Of a stretch of 64,000 bases of DNA, positions 36,230 through 48,121 are shown piece by piece (positions within the stretch are counted from its first letter, which is position 1; the number at the start of each line of letters is the position of its first letter). Made by a program: the position numbers and the translations under genes. The notes beneath the pieces are model-generated. The model was not told the origin of the DNA and searched no databases. It was given only the letters and a program-made list of their open reading frames with translations. Source of the stretch: Mobula birostris (lineage: Eukaryota); contig NC_092380.1 of the NCBI RefSeq assembly GCF_030028105.1, positions 20,113,144-20,177,143 of the forward strand. Direction: 5' to 3'.

Positions 36230-36700
36230 AGATTCTATTGATGCTGAAAATCCAACACACACTAAATGCTGGAGGAACTCAGCAGGTCAGGCAATGAACA
36301 AACAGTCAACGTTTCGGGCCGAGACCCTTCTTCAGGACCAAGAAGGAAGGGGGGAAGATGCTAGAATAAACAGGTGGGGGGAGGGGAAGGAGGATAGCTG
36401 GAAGGTGATAGGTGAAACCAGGTGGGTGGGAAAGGTCAAGGGCTGGAGAAGAAGGAATCTGATAGGAGAGAAGAGTGGACCATGGGAGAAAAAGAAAGAG
36501 GAGGGACCCAGGGGAGGCGATAGACAGGTGAGAAAAGGCAAGAGGCCAAGAGTGGAATAGAAGAAGAGGAGAGGGGGAGGAGAAATGTTTTTAAAGGAAG
36601 GAGAAATTGATATTCATGCCATTAGGTGGTAGGCTACCCAGACGGAATATAAGGTGTTTCTCCTCCTCCCTGAGGGCGGCCTCATCTTGGCACAATAATG
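36230..36700 (-). mobile_element. Penelope 3' fragment with intact-looking minimal hammerhead core
   Basis: ORF 36591-36821 ends EEKHLIFRLGSLPPNGMNINFS (PLE C-terminus). Hammerhead motif at 36303-36340. Confidence 0.85.
36303..36340 (-). ncRNA. Minimal type I hammerhead ribozyme motif (PLE type)
   Basis: UGGUC-CUGAAGA-A-GGGUCUCGGCCC-GAAAC-GUU-GACUG: stem I, core, stem II hairpin and palindromic ACGU stem III. Activity not shown. Confidence 0.6.
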
Positions 36701-37249
36701 GATATTGAGATAGTGTCCCTGGACAGTTCATAGATCTGACGGTGGAGGGGAGGAAGCTGTTCTGGGGTCGTTGAGGCAGCTGAGGCAGAACCTGGAGGGA
36801 GGATCCGCCTTCACCACCCACTCAAGAAATGTGTTCCAGATTCCAATCACCCTCTGCATCATATCCCCACTAAAGCTCTTACCCTAAAGATAGATAAATA
36901 GTTACTGTAGATACTTGATTGATCCCCAGGTATCTACAGTGTCATAATATCACCACAAGTGCACAGATACAGTATACAAATATTAGAAGAGAAGTAAGAA
37001 AGAGTAAAAAATAAGTTACCTCAAACAGTCTAACAGGGGGTGGTCATCACTTCTCCAGCTATAGGTTGACTCATTATAGAGCCGGATGGCCAAGGGTAAG
37101 AATGACCTCATATAGCGCTCTTTGGAGCAGTGCTGTTATCTATTACTAAAAATGCTCCTCTGTTCAGCCAAGGTGGCATGCAGAGGGTGAGAAACATTGT
37201 CCAGAATTGTCAGGATTTTCTGTAGAGTCCTTTGTTCCACCACAGCCTC

Positions 37250-37960
37250 CCGTGTCTAAACACAGCCTCTAGTTTTAGACACCTCTGTTATGGGTAAAGG
37301 CTTCCTACCATGCACCCTACCAATGCCTCTCATCATTTGTATACCTCTACCAGGACAATCCTCAGCCTTCCCCGCTACAAGGAAAACAAGACCCAACCCA
37401 TCCAATCCCCCATCGTAACTCAAACATTCCATCCAGGAAACATCCTGGTGAACTTTCCCTGCGACACTCCAGTCCAATCATATCCTTCCTACAGTATACA
37501 CAGTATCTCATCTGTGGTATAACTAATGTTCTATAAAATTTAACCACACCCTCCTTATTCCTATATAATGTGCCCCAGATAATGAAGGCAAGCATCACAT
37601 AAACCTTCTTCACCACCTTATCTACCTGCAATGCTCCTTCGGGCATCTTTGAGTTTGCACACCAAGTGCCTCTTTCCTCAACACTCCCCAGCACCCTGCC
37701 ATTCAAGTGTGAGGTGAGGCACTTCAGGAAGCAAAGAGTAATTAAACCTCCAAATTAAACTCTGCCTTAGCCCTACTGAGCTGCTGATCAATAATTCTCT
37801 GGCCTAACACCATGCTCCGGTATCAACGACACCACAATTCGCATCCAGGTGATTAAATTACATCTTAAAAACAGCAAGGTTTCCAGCACTGGTCCCTGTG
37901 CGCACCACTGGTCACAGGCTTCCAATCACTAAACCAAACCTCTACCATCACCAACAAGAG
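37250..37960 (-). mobile_element. Degraded CR1 fragment
   Basis: ORF 37362-37706 (GRVLGSVEE...KKVYVMLAFI). Confidence 0.8.
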
Positions 37961-38444
37961 AGAATCTGCAGATGCTGGAAATCTGAGCGACACGCACAAA
38001 ATGCTGCCTGGCCTGCTGAGTTCCTCCAGCATTTTGTGTGTGCTCCTCTACCATGACCTTTTGTTTCTAAAGATTCAAAGTACATTTACTATCAAAGTAT
38101 GTATGCTGTATACAACCCTGAGATTTGTCTTCCCACCGACAGCCACAAAACAAAGAGAACCATGGAATCCGTTCAAAAAGAAACATCAAACCTCCCCCAA
38201 CATGCAAAAATCAGATTGCACAAATGGCATCAGGCACATCAACCTCCGTTAAAAAAAATCATGTATACTTAAGGCAGAGGCTGATAGATTCTTGATTGGT
38301 CAGGACATGAAGGGATTCAGGGAGAAGGCAGGAGATTGGGGCTGAGAGGATAATTGGATCAGCCGTGATGAAATGCTGGAGCAGACTGAATGGGCCAAAT
38401 AGTCTAATCCTGCTCCTAAATCTTATTGCCTTATCGTCAGATGG

Positions 38445-39070
38445 CAACAAGAACATCAACCCCTGCGCAAAAAAAAAAAACAAATTGTGCAAACAGCAAC
38501 AAAAACATCAACCCCCTGTGCAAAAAAAAAACAAAATGGGCAAATGGCAACAAAAGCATCAACCCCCTGCGCAAAAAAAAACAAATTGTGTAAACAGCAA
38601 CAAAAACATCAACCCCCTGCACAAAACAAAACAAATTGTGTAAACAGCAACAAAAACATCAACCCCCTGCACAAAAAAAAACAAATTGTGCAAACAGCAA
38701 CAAAAACATCAACCCCCTGCACAAAAAAAAACAAATTGTGCAAACAGCAACAAAAACATCAACCCCCTGCACAAAAAAAAAACAAATTGTGCAAACAGCA
38801 ACAAAAACATCAACCCCCTGCACAAAACAAAACAAATTGTGCAAACAGCAACAAAAACATCAACCCCCTGCACAAAACAAAACAAATTGTGCAAACAGCA
38901 ACAAAAACATCAACCCCCTGCACAAAAAAAAACAAATTGTGCAAACAGCAACAAAAACATCAACCCCCTGCACAAAAAAAAACAAATTGTGCAAACAGCA
39001 ACAAAAACATCAACCCCCTGCGCAAAAAAAAAAACAAATTGTGCAAACAGCAGCAAAAACATCAACCTCC
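38445..39070 (+). repeat. ~50-bp minisatellite, about 12 copies
   Basis: Unit aacaaattgtgcaaacagcaacaaaaacatcaaccccctgcacaaaaaaa with variable A-runs. Confidence 0.95.
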
Positions 39071-39730
39071 ACACAAAAGACAACAAGAACATCACCCCCA
39101 CCCGCCCAAACATGTGCAAAGTCAATCACCAAGTCAATTTTGTACACAATTTGACAACTTGTGTTGGATCCCATGGGTGTTAACTATTCGAACCTGTCAG
39201 TAGTGTGGAACTTTGTCAAATTCTTCCTGAACTCCAAGTATAGCAGATCCATCTCACTGCCCTCATCAATGCATTTCCTCTTCGTAAAAATTCAATGAAG
39301 ACAGCCAATCAGGATCTCACCCTAACAAAACAATGCCCTTTCAAGCATAGATTAATCATTTTCCTCAGACTTTTTCCCCTATTGCTCACATCAACTTTAG
39401 CATCATTCACACACACAATCCTACAGTACAAGTTCTGTTTATATTCAGACACAGCAATTATATCAAATTTCCAAGGAAGATGTAATAGCATTAAACATTT
39501 GACAGGAACGTCTTTTAATAAGAAGATGCCCAGAATGGGCAGTTAGGGTGGCAAAGCAGTCTAAGGTGCCAGAAGCAAGGAATGAAATTCCTTTTGTAGA
39601 AACGTGGGTGTTCTGGTCTTCCAACAGGAGATATTGGTTCGAATCCCACTCCTGATGCCTACTCATCTTAATACATTTGCAGTTTGGAGAATCACAGTAG
39701 AACAGCGGCTAGCATAATGCCATTACAGTG

Positions 39731-39821
39731 TCCTGACGAAGGGTCTCAGCCCAAAACGTCGACTGTACCTCTTCCTAGAGATGCTACCTGGCCTGCTGTG
39801 TTCACCAGCAACTTTGATGTG
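39731..39821 (+). mobile_element. 91-bp Penelope terminal mini-insertion in a V-SINE head
   Basis: 5-bp direct repeat cagtg at 39726-39730 and 39822-39826. Begins tcCTGACGAAGGGTCTC. Confidence 0.75.
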
Positions 39822-40004
39822 CAGTGCCAGTGACCTGGGTTCAATTCCGGCTGCTGTCTGAACTGTGTTCATCCCACAATCCAAAGACATCCAGGTTAGG
39901 TTAATTGGTCCCATGAATGGAAGGGCATGTGCTGTATCTCAGAAGAAAAATAAAATACGTCCTTATCTGCCACCCAGCTCCTCTTGCCAGGCCATTTTAC
40001 TTAC

Positions 40005-40066
40005 CAGAAGTCTTTCTTCAAAGTGGGTAATCTGTCGGTAAGAATTTGTAATGAAAGCATTTCCAT
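40005..40066 (-). CDS. Candidate alternative first coding exon 1B MEMLSLQILTDRLPTLKKDF(W)
   Basis: Strong Kozak gccATGG, 62 nt open, consensus donor TG|GTAAGT in phase 2. Joins the signal exon in frame (TG|G = Trp). Confidence 0.5.
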
Positions 40067-40199
40067 GGCGATGCAGCAAGGAACAGAATATTATGATGCC
40101 ATGAGGCTTTCAAAATTAAAAGTGCACTTGCTATTATGTGAAAGCAGCAAGCATTGACAAACATTGAATGCAAAATAGAGAAAAAAGCTGCAGCCACAT

Positions 40200-40545
40200 G
40201 CCAGGACACGTCAGGAGTGAAATAGTTAATGGTCTTCCAACGGAACTGAAAGATGACTTCACCTTCTGGAAACTTTTTCACTGCCTTCACCACAACCTCA
40301 AGCCACAGCGTCCAACATGCAGCCCAAGCAAGTCCCGACCACTTCATAGCTCACTTTTATTCTCTTCCCTTGACCCACAAATCGCATCGCTATGTTCCTG
40401 GGCCATATCTTCCACAAAGCCAGCATGTCTGTTCAGACATCCAGGTCTTCTGCCCCTTCCGTTGGAGAATCTCCCAGACTGACCTGGTCCAAGTGTAACG
40501 GGCCACGATTTCAATGGGTAAAAATTGTAGTGCAGGAAGTTTGAG
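40200..40545 (-). promoter_or_regulatory. Candidate promoter for exon 1B
   Basis: Ets-IRF composite GGAACTGAAA (40242-40251), TGACGTG on minus (40213-40207) and Ets CAGGAAGT (40533-40540) in non-repeat sequence upstream of the 1B ATG. Confidence 0.35.
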
Positions 40546-40584
40546 CAAATATTCATGTGTTAAAATTGAGTTAGTTTAAACCTA

Positions 40585-41094
40585 TAGCACTGTGCAAAGG
40601 TCTTAGGCACATCTATATAGCAAGGGTGCCTAAGATTTTTGCACAGTACTGTAGTAATTTTATGTATTGCACTGTACTACTGCAACAAAATCAAAATTAA
40701 TTTCATGACATATGTGAGTGATGATAAACCCGATTCTGACAGGGGTCTCTATTGTGGACTGAGAATGGGAAGGAGGCAGGGAGAGGGGACTCATGGTTGG
40801 GAAAAGGGGAAGGGAGACATTCTGTAATGATCAATGAACGATTGTTTGGAATCAAATGACCTGGCCTGGTGTCTCAGGGCTGGGTGTGACACCTCCCCCG
40901 ACCACCGGCCCCGGCACTCCTTCTCGACTGTCCCACACCTGTCCCACAATGCTCCACCCTCACCATTCCCAACATCCTTTGCCCCTGCCAAATACACAAA
41001 CTTGCTCTCCTCTCCACATTGATGAATACAGTACTGAGCAAAAGTCTTAGGCACCCTGGTCGTATATATGTTCCTAAGACTTTTCACAGTACTG
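40585..41094. mobile_element. TA-flanked composite Tc1/mariner-type MITE, copy 2
   Basis: TA at 40583-84 and 41095-96. Mini-palindromes at 40585-40651 and 41029-41094. Confidence 0.75.
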
Positions 41095-41779
41095 TACTTA
41101 ATTGTTTCTTATTTTAAAAAATATTAATTATTTGCTTTTGAATAGCTTTGAGTTTGTTCGAATCATGAGTGTCAAAGATAGAATTGGTCTTGCCACCACA
41201 AACTTGATTCTGCCCAAACCCCTCATTTACATCACCAGGCCCTGCCCACTGTCTTCCTATATCCCCAGCAGATGGCTGCCTGCCTCCCACTCTGACATCA
41301 TCCTAAAGCACAATGCCAGGCCAACTTGATTCTCTCCCACAATGCCAGGTTTCCTGATGCCCACTCACCACATAATGATTTTCTGATCACCCCAGGCCAG
41401 TCCTTGCCCACACCCTGGCACCTGCCCACCTTCCCAAACTTATCACCCAAATGTTCAGGGGCTGGTGATCTGTCTTTGACCAGAACGTAGGTTCTGGTGA
41501 CCACCTTTGCTGCATGCTACTGTGGTTTCTTCCCCACTGCCCAAACTCCCTGCAGGTCTATACCAATTCAGTACACTCTCTTGGGTTTTATCCCAAAGCT
41601 TGTACACCCTTCCTTATGTTGCTGATTGAACATCTCTGGCCAATGTCCCCACCAGGACCCGTGGGAGTGTGGTGACTCATTGCAAACAACTCTCTGCAGA
41701 TCCACTCTTCTCTTATCGTCATTCTAATCTTTTCAATGTAATTCCTATGTCTCTGAGAACTTCTATCAGAATTGCATTT

Positions 41780-42845
41780 AATGTCATTGGCATACAGTAT
41801 GTTGTGAAATATGTTGTTTTGCAGCAGCGGTACTTTGCGTGGGAGTGAGGGGAGAAGAACCTGTTCCTGAAACATCAACTGTGTGTCTTTAGGCTCCTGC
41901 ATCTTCTCCCTGGTGCTAACAATGAGAAGAGGGCATGTCCTGGTGACAGAGGTCCTTAACAGCCTTCTTGAGGTATTGTCTATTGAAGATATCCTCGAAG
42001 CTAGGGAGGTTAGCGTCCATGATTGAGCTGGCTGGGTTTACAACTTTCTGCAGCTTTTTCTGATCCTGTGCAGATAGAAAGCTCTCTATGGTACGCCTGT
42101 AGAAATTTGCAAGAGCCTTTGGTGTCATACCAAGTGTCCTCAAACTCCCAATAAAATACAGCTGCCATCATGCCTTCTTTGTTCTACCCAGGATAGACCT
42201 TCAGAGATATTATCACCGAGGAACTTGAAACTGCTCACATTTTCCATTGCTGATCCCTCAGTAAGGGCTGGTGTTCCCCCGACTTCCCCTTCCTGAAGTC
42301 CACAATCAATTCCTTGCCCTACTGACATTTTGCAAGGTTGTTGCCATGACGCTGGTCAACCAGCTGAGCTACCTCACTCTTGTATGTCTCCTCATCACCG
42401 TCTGAAATTCTGCCAACAATAGTTGTGTCACCAGCAGATTTACAGATGGCACTTGAGCTGTGCCTGTCCGCTGTTGTGGGTGTAGAGAGTGTAGAGCATT
42501 GGGCTAAGTACATGTTCTTAATGTGCGCAAGTCTCTATTCTCAGCGAGGAGGAGATGCTACTTTGGATTCGCACAGGCTGTAGTCTCTCGGTGAGGAAGT
42601 CAAGGATCCAGTTGCAGAGGGAGGCACAGAGGACCAGGTTTTGGACCCAGTGATTAGAACTGAGGGGATGATTGTGTTGAATGCTGAGCTATAATCAATA
42701 ACCGGCAGCCTGTGGTAAGTATTGCTGTTGTCCAGGTGATTCAAGGCTGTGAGGAGAGCCAGTGAGATTGCAACTGCGGTAGGCAAGTTACAGTGGGTCT
42801 CACTACCTTGCTGAGGCAAGAGTTGATTCTAGCCATGGCCAACCT
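41780..42845 (-). mobile_element. Rex1/Babar-like LINE RT fragment
   Basis: IDYSSAFNTIIP, KSAGDTTIVGRISDGDEETYKSEV, FKFLGDNISEGLSW. Confidence 0.85.
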
Positions 42846-42869
42846 CATCACAGTGGAATAACTGATAAA

Positions 42870-43850
42870 TTTAAGAACATAGATTATTACAGCAGAGTGC
42901 AGTCCTTCAGCCCATGATGTTGTGTCAACCTTGTAACCTATTCTAAGATCAATCTAACCCTTCCTTCCTACATAACCCTCCATTTTTCTACCATCCACGT
43001 GTCTATCTAAGAGATTCTTAAAAGTCCCGAATATTCTTGCCTCTACAACCACCTCTGGCTGCACATTCCATGCATCCACCAGTCTCTGTGAAGAAAACTT
43101 ACCTCTGATATCCCCCCTATTGTTTTCTCACCTTAAAATTATGCCCTCTTATATTAACCCTGGGGAAAATTCTGTTTGTTCTCTCAATCTACATGCCTTT
43201 TACACCTCTATCAAGTCAGCTCAGATCCTCCTTTGCACCAGAGAGAAAAGTTCTATCTCACTCAACCTCATTCATAGGCATCCGTTAGTCTCGTGAGACC
43301 ATGGATTTGCACCTTGGAAGGTTTCCAGGGCACAGGCCTGGGCAAGGTTGTATGGAAGACCGGCAGTTGCCCATGCTGCAAGTCTCCCCTCTCCACGCCA
43401 CCAATGTTGTCCAAGGGAAGAGCACTATGGCCGATACAGCTTGGCGCCGGTGTCGTCGCAGAGCAATGTGTGGTTAAGTGCCTCGCTCAAGGACACAACA
43501 CGTTGCCTCAGCTGAGGTTCTAACCAGAGTTTTTTTTAAGAGTTGCTATATTATCTCACCGCTCTTGAACTCAGTCCCCGACCAATGAAAGCCAACATAC
43601 CCCGCACCTTCTTAACCATCCTATCAACTTGCACTGCAACTCTGAGGGATCTGTGGGCGTGCAGCCCAAGATCCCTCTGTTCCTGCACACTGCTAAAAGT
43701 CCTTCCATTAACCCTGTATTGCCTTCAAATTTAACCTTCTACTTCTGAATTACTTCATACTACCGCATGTTGAAATCCATCTGCCACTTCTCAGCCCAGC
43801 TCTAAATCCTATCAACATCTTGCTGTAACCCTTGACAACTTTCTACACCA
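42870..43850 (-). mobile_element. CR1 fragment interrupted by a SINE at ~43276-43522
   Basis: CR1-like sequence on both sides (ccatgatgttgtg tail; agggatctgtgg...cagcccaagatccctctg). Confidence 0.75.
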
Positions 43851-44084
43851 GGGGTTTCCAGCTTGGAATCCATGGACCCCTTGCTCCATGGTATGGGTCT
43901 ATGGTATAAAAAAGGTCGGGAACTCCCGCCCTACACCACTAACCTTTCCTCTTTTAAGTCTGCTTACAGGTCTAGCAATCATAGCTCCAGGACGGGCTCA
44001 CACCAGACTGTCTACCCTCACTGCACTTTCTCTGTAACTGTAACATTTAATCCTGCACCCTGCCACACAAGAGATTCTGTAGAT

Positions 44085-44710
44085 GAGGGAGGAGAAGATG
44101 GCGGTGCGACACAGCGCGCGTAGCCTCTCCGGTGAAATGATATCATATCTGTTAAATAGGGGCCGTGGACAATTCTGATTTGATGGAGACAGCCGTGAGA
44201 GCACGGAGGAACATCTGGAGAAATTTCTGAAATGCCCGGTTCGCTGCCGCTGCTACTGTGTGATCCAGAATCTCCGGAGGGAAGGCCGCAAAATCCCCGG
44301 CTTCGCCTGCTGCTGGTGACCGGGGCTGGGGTTAAGGCGTTCGGCAGAGATGGTGCTCGGTGCTCAGTGTCGGAGGGCTGGTCGGAGCTCGAAGTTTTCG
44401 GATGACTCAGAGTCGGATTGTGGTCGGGTATGGCAGGGAGAGTTTTCTTCCTTCTCTCATCTGCGTGAGATGTGGGACTTTCAAGAGACTTTGAACTTTT
44501 TACCGTGCTCACGGTCTCTTCATCAAGTTACGGTATTGCTTGCGCTGTTGTGACTGTATGTTATAATTATGTGGTTTTTGTCAGTTTTTCAGTCTTGGCC
44601 TGTCCTGTGTTTCTGCGATATCACACCAGAGGAATATTGTATCGTTTCTTAAAGCATGCATTACTAAATGACAATAAAAGAGGGCTGCGTGTCCTCATAA
44701 TCTAAAAAAA
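44085..44710 (+). mobile_element. CpG-rich non-autonomous retroelement (LINE-like 5' end with AAGATGGCG, aataaaa and A-tail at 3' end)
   Basis: YY1-like aagatggcg at ~44095, no long LINE ORF, aataaaa at ~44673, A-run at ~44705. Confidence 0.6.
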
Positions 44711-46059
44711 AATCTTTAAAAAAATCCAGACTAACACAGAAAATGCCGGAAGAACTTTATCAGAATCTCAGCCCAAAATGTAAATGTTTATTCCTCTCCT
44801 TAGCTACGACCTGACCTCCGGTATTTTGTGTGAACTATTCTGCACTCTGTTATTGTTTAACCCAATACTACCAAAATGCACTGTTGTACTGAACTTGTGC
44901 AACTTTTGTTCTGTGCCTCGGTACCAGTGTCAATAGTAAACCAACTTACCCTCCCTCAGCTTGCACACCCAGCTGATAACAAGACAGCTGGAATGGAAAG
45001 ACCCCTTTGGTCAGTTTCTGTGATTCCTAAACACTATCGGCCGTCCTCAACTACTATAGGCCATCAGACGTCAACCCAAAGCATTTACAATTCCTCCCAC
45101 CAGTGCTGCTTGACCACAGAGCCTCTGGACCCACTTTTTGTTTCTTTGCTTGTCTCAGTCTCACTCCCATTTACTTTCATTGTCATCTACTATATCTCTT
45201 GCTTTCCAAACTCACAGAGAATTCTTCTCATTGCTTCCATCAGGGAGGAGGTACAGGAGCCTGAAGACACACACACTCAATGTCTTAGGTCCCGCTTCTT
45301 CCCCTCCTCCATCAGATTCTGAAATGGACAATGAACCAGCCCATGAACACACTATTTATTTAATTTAATTTGTTAATTTGCATTTATTATTGCAACTTAT
45401 CATTTTTTATGTGTTGTTTTGTACTGCTGCCACAAACCAGCACATTTCACAACATACGTCGGTGATAATTAACCTGATTTTGATTCCACACTTCCACCCT
45501 TTCCCTGCCGGTCTTGTCTGAAACCTGTACCGGTAATTCCTTCCCTTTCTCAATGACCATTGATCCAAAATGTTTCCCTCTTCACAGATGCTACTGATCT
45601 GCTGAATAGTTTCTCCCATTACGTCTTGGGCAGGCTGTGGAGATCTCTTATAGGTCGACTATATCCTTCAACCTGAAACACAAGACTCGTTCAACATCTC
45701 AAGATGCTGGGGGGGACTCAGCAGGTCAGGCAGCAGCTCTGATGGGGATGAGACGGTCAACATTTTGGGTCAAGTCAGACCTTGGTGCACAAGTGCCAAA
45801 GAGTGACACTGAATCCTCCAACACCAAGAGGAGCTCTTGTAATCCTCCCTTCTGAACATTCACAGGATGCCAAAGGTTTCATCTAGGCGCTGTCTTAAGA
45901 CAGCGTTGGAGTCCGCACAGAAGAAGCAATCTACTTTGATAGGACAATCAGGAAAACGAAATATCAATTAATCTGTGTGAAGCTATTAAACGTGCTCAAA
46001 GAGATATATATGTCCTTTTATGAAAAACACAGAGAGATACAGCAAATGGTTATAGAAAC

Positions 46060-46600
46060 AAATAAGTTGGTAACACAGACAAAATGCTGGAGGATCTCAG
46101 CAGGTCAGGCAGCATCTATGGAGAAGAATAAACAGTCAATGTTTCCAGCTGAGACCCTTCTTCAGGACTGAGAAGGATGTGGGAAGATGCCTGAATGATG
46201 CAGGTGAGAAGGGACTGTATTAAGGGGAAGGGGTGTAGAATGGAATTGAGATATGAGGTCACGAGTTCAGTACAGCAGGAACCGGACCGTCCAGTCTGTG
46301 GATCTGGGTAGGAGGTACAAGTGAGGAGTGCGGGGTAAGGGAACTATGAGCTTGTTGGCAGCGGTTGGGAGTTTTCCCATCTAGATGAGGTCAGTGATGG
46401 TGTCGGAGACAGTTTTCTGATGGTGTGGAGTGAGGTTCTCCTTGAGGAGTAGGAATGAGGAGGTGTCTGAGTGTTATCGTCTAGCAACAGCAAGGTAGAT
46501 GGTAGTCATTGTTGGAGTACAAAAGGAAAAGTTTTCGTACAGTTGGTCAGATCAATGGTGAGACAATATCTGGGCTATCACATACAGCCTTCGTGAAATT
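46060..46600 (-). mobile_element. Penelope fragment (terminal repeat joined to ORF-like segment)
   Basis: Terminal motif at 46075-46170 and similarity to 13200-13500. Confidence 0.7.
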
Positions 46601-47737
46601 TAAGGGAGAATATAATTCCTGTGGAGGTGACATGAGACTGACATGAGAAGGTAGTTTTCCCTTTGGCAAATTATGATCTTTTGGATTTCTCAGAGGGATG
46701 TGGAGGGTGAATCTTTTGTATATTCAATGGTGCCCTCAACATTACAGGAGCAGCTGTTTCCCCTCCACCAACAGATTTCTGATGGACAATAAACCAATGA
46801 ACATTTCCTTGGTAACTTTTCCCTTTCTTTTTGCACTACTAATTTATTTATATTTATTTCTTATTGTGGTTTATAGCTTTATTACTCTGAATTGTAGTGT
46901 CCTGCTGCTGCAAAACAACAAATTTCACCACAATACACCAGTGATATTAAACTTGATTCTGATGCCAACTTAAACTTTTAGACTTTCAGGGAATAAAGAT
47001 GACCAGGACAACTTAGAAAGGAGATGAGGCTAAAACCTGAGTGAAGTAGCAGGTTACAGGGGCCAAATGGTCCAGCCCTGCTCCTATTTCCTACATCCTT
47101 ATCTGTAAGGATCATTACAGTGATGGGAGTTGCCAATAGACAAGTGTTATTCTTCTTAAAGCAAAGAAAATTAAAAATGAGACCAGGTCAAAATGCTCAA
47201 AACCATATAGACAAATTAACATAGAATTTATGTTTTGCTTTCACAGATGGAGGCCATTCAGCCCATTGTGTCTACAATAGCTGCCAGTAGAGGGAAATCC
47301 CCTCAGTCCCAGCAAAACTCTTTTTATTCCTTTGTATTATTCCAACTTTTTCTCTCTCGCATCAACTCCCTTTTCAATTTTTGTTTTGCCATTAACCCAC
47401 GCCTATGGGAAATTTACTGCAGCCAATTAACCATCCAGCACTTCTGTTCACAAGTAGGAGGAAACCCATGAATGATGGATAGAACGTGCAAACTCCACAC
47501 TGACAGTAACAGAGGCCACAATTAAAACCCCAGTCACTGGAGCTGCCTGGCAGCAGCATTACCCACTATGCCATTGCGCCACCCAGTGGCGGGAGGATAG
47601 ATATTGGTGAGCACACTGAGCAAAAGTGATGGAAAAGTGTAAAGTTATGGAAAAATTGCCTGAGACTCTAATAATACATTTGTTGACACAAATCTAGCAA
47701 GAAAGAAAGTAGGATTTATTTTCACTAAAGAGTCCGA

Positions 47738-47838
47738 GGGAATTTCCCAAGTTAAAAAATTGCACTTGGTGAAAAAAAGAAAATGTCACTAATTAAAGGG
47801 GGATTTTCTAATGGTCACTAGGAGTGGAAAAAGAAACT
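47738..47838. promoter_or_regulatory. Candidate intronic NF-kB/IRF enhancer
   Basis: GGGAATTTCC (47738-47747), GGGGATTTTC (47799-47808) and ISRE GGAAAAAGAAACT (47826-47838) within 100 bp of apparently unique DNA. Confidence 0.45.
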
Positions 47839-48121
47839 AGTTCCCTGTCCCAAACAATTTTTTTCCTCCTCTGCCTCTTCCCATTCACTTAAGAATTCCC
47901 CTGCCTTCCTAGATTGCATTCATGTTAGTGAAGTTGGGTATTTTTGGCTGAAGATTTTAGGGAAGAGTGTATCAGCATCGTGCCTTTGAAGTTTGGAGTT
48001 AGAAGGTCCTTCAGCACATCAGCTGTTTGATCCAAAAACAGGATTAATCCCCACGTGTGGTTCCACCTGACAAGTTTTTTGAATGCCAAGACCCTGTTCT
48101 ATGGTCTATTTTTGTCATTTA

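Noticed and set aside
38445-39203. CRISPR-like array, or real proteins from the 238/172/165-aa K/Q/N-rich ORFs
   Set aside because: Units are head-to-tail with no unique spacers. ORFs open in several frames only because the unit lacks stops, and variable A-runs shift frames.
39309-39491. LINE endonuclease-like motif KFDIIAVSE
   Set aside because: The surrounding minus strand matches a degraded CR1 RT segment in another frame (…DEGSEMDLLYLEF…), so the match is coincidental.
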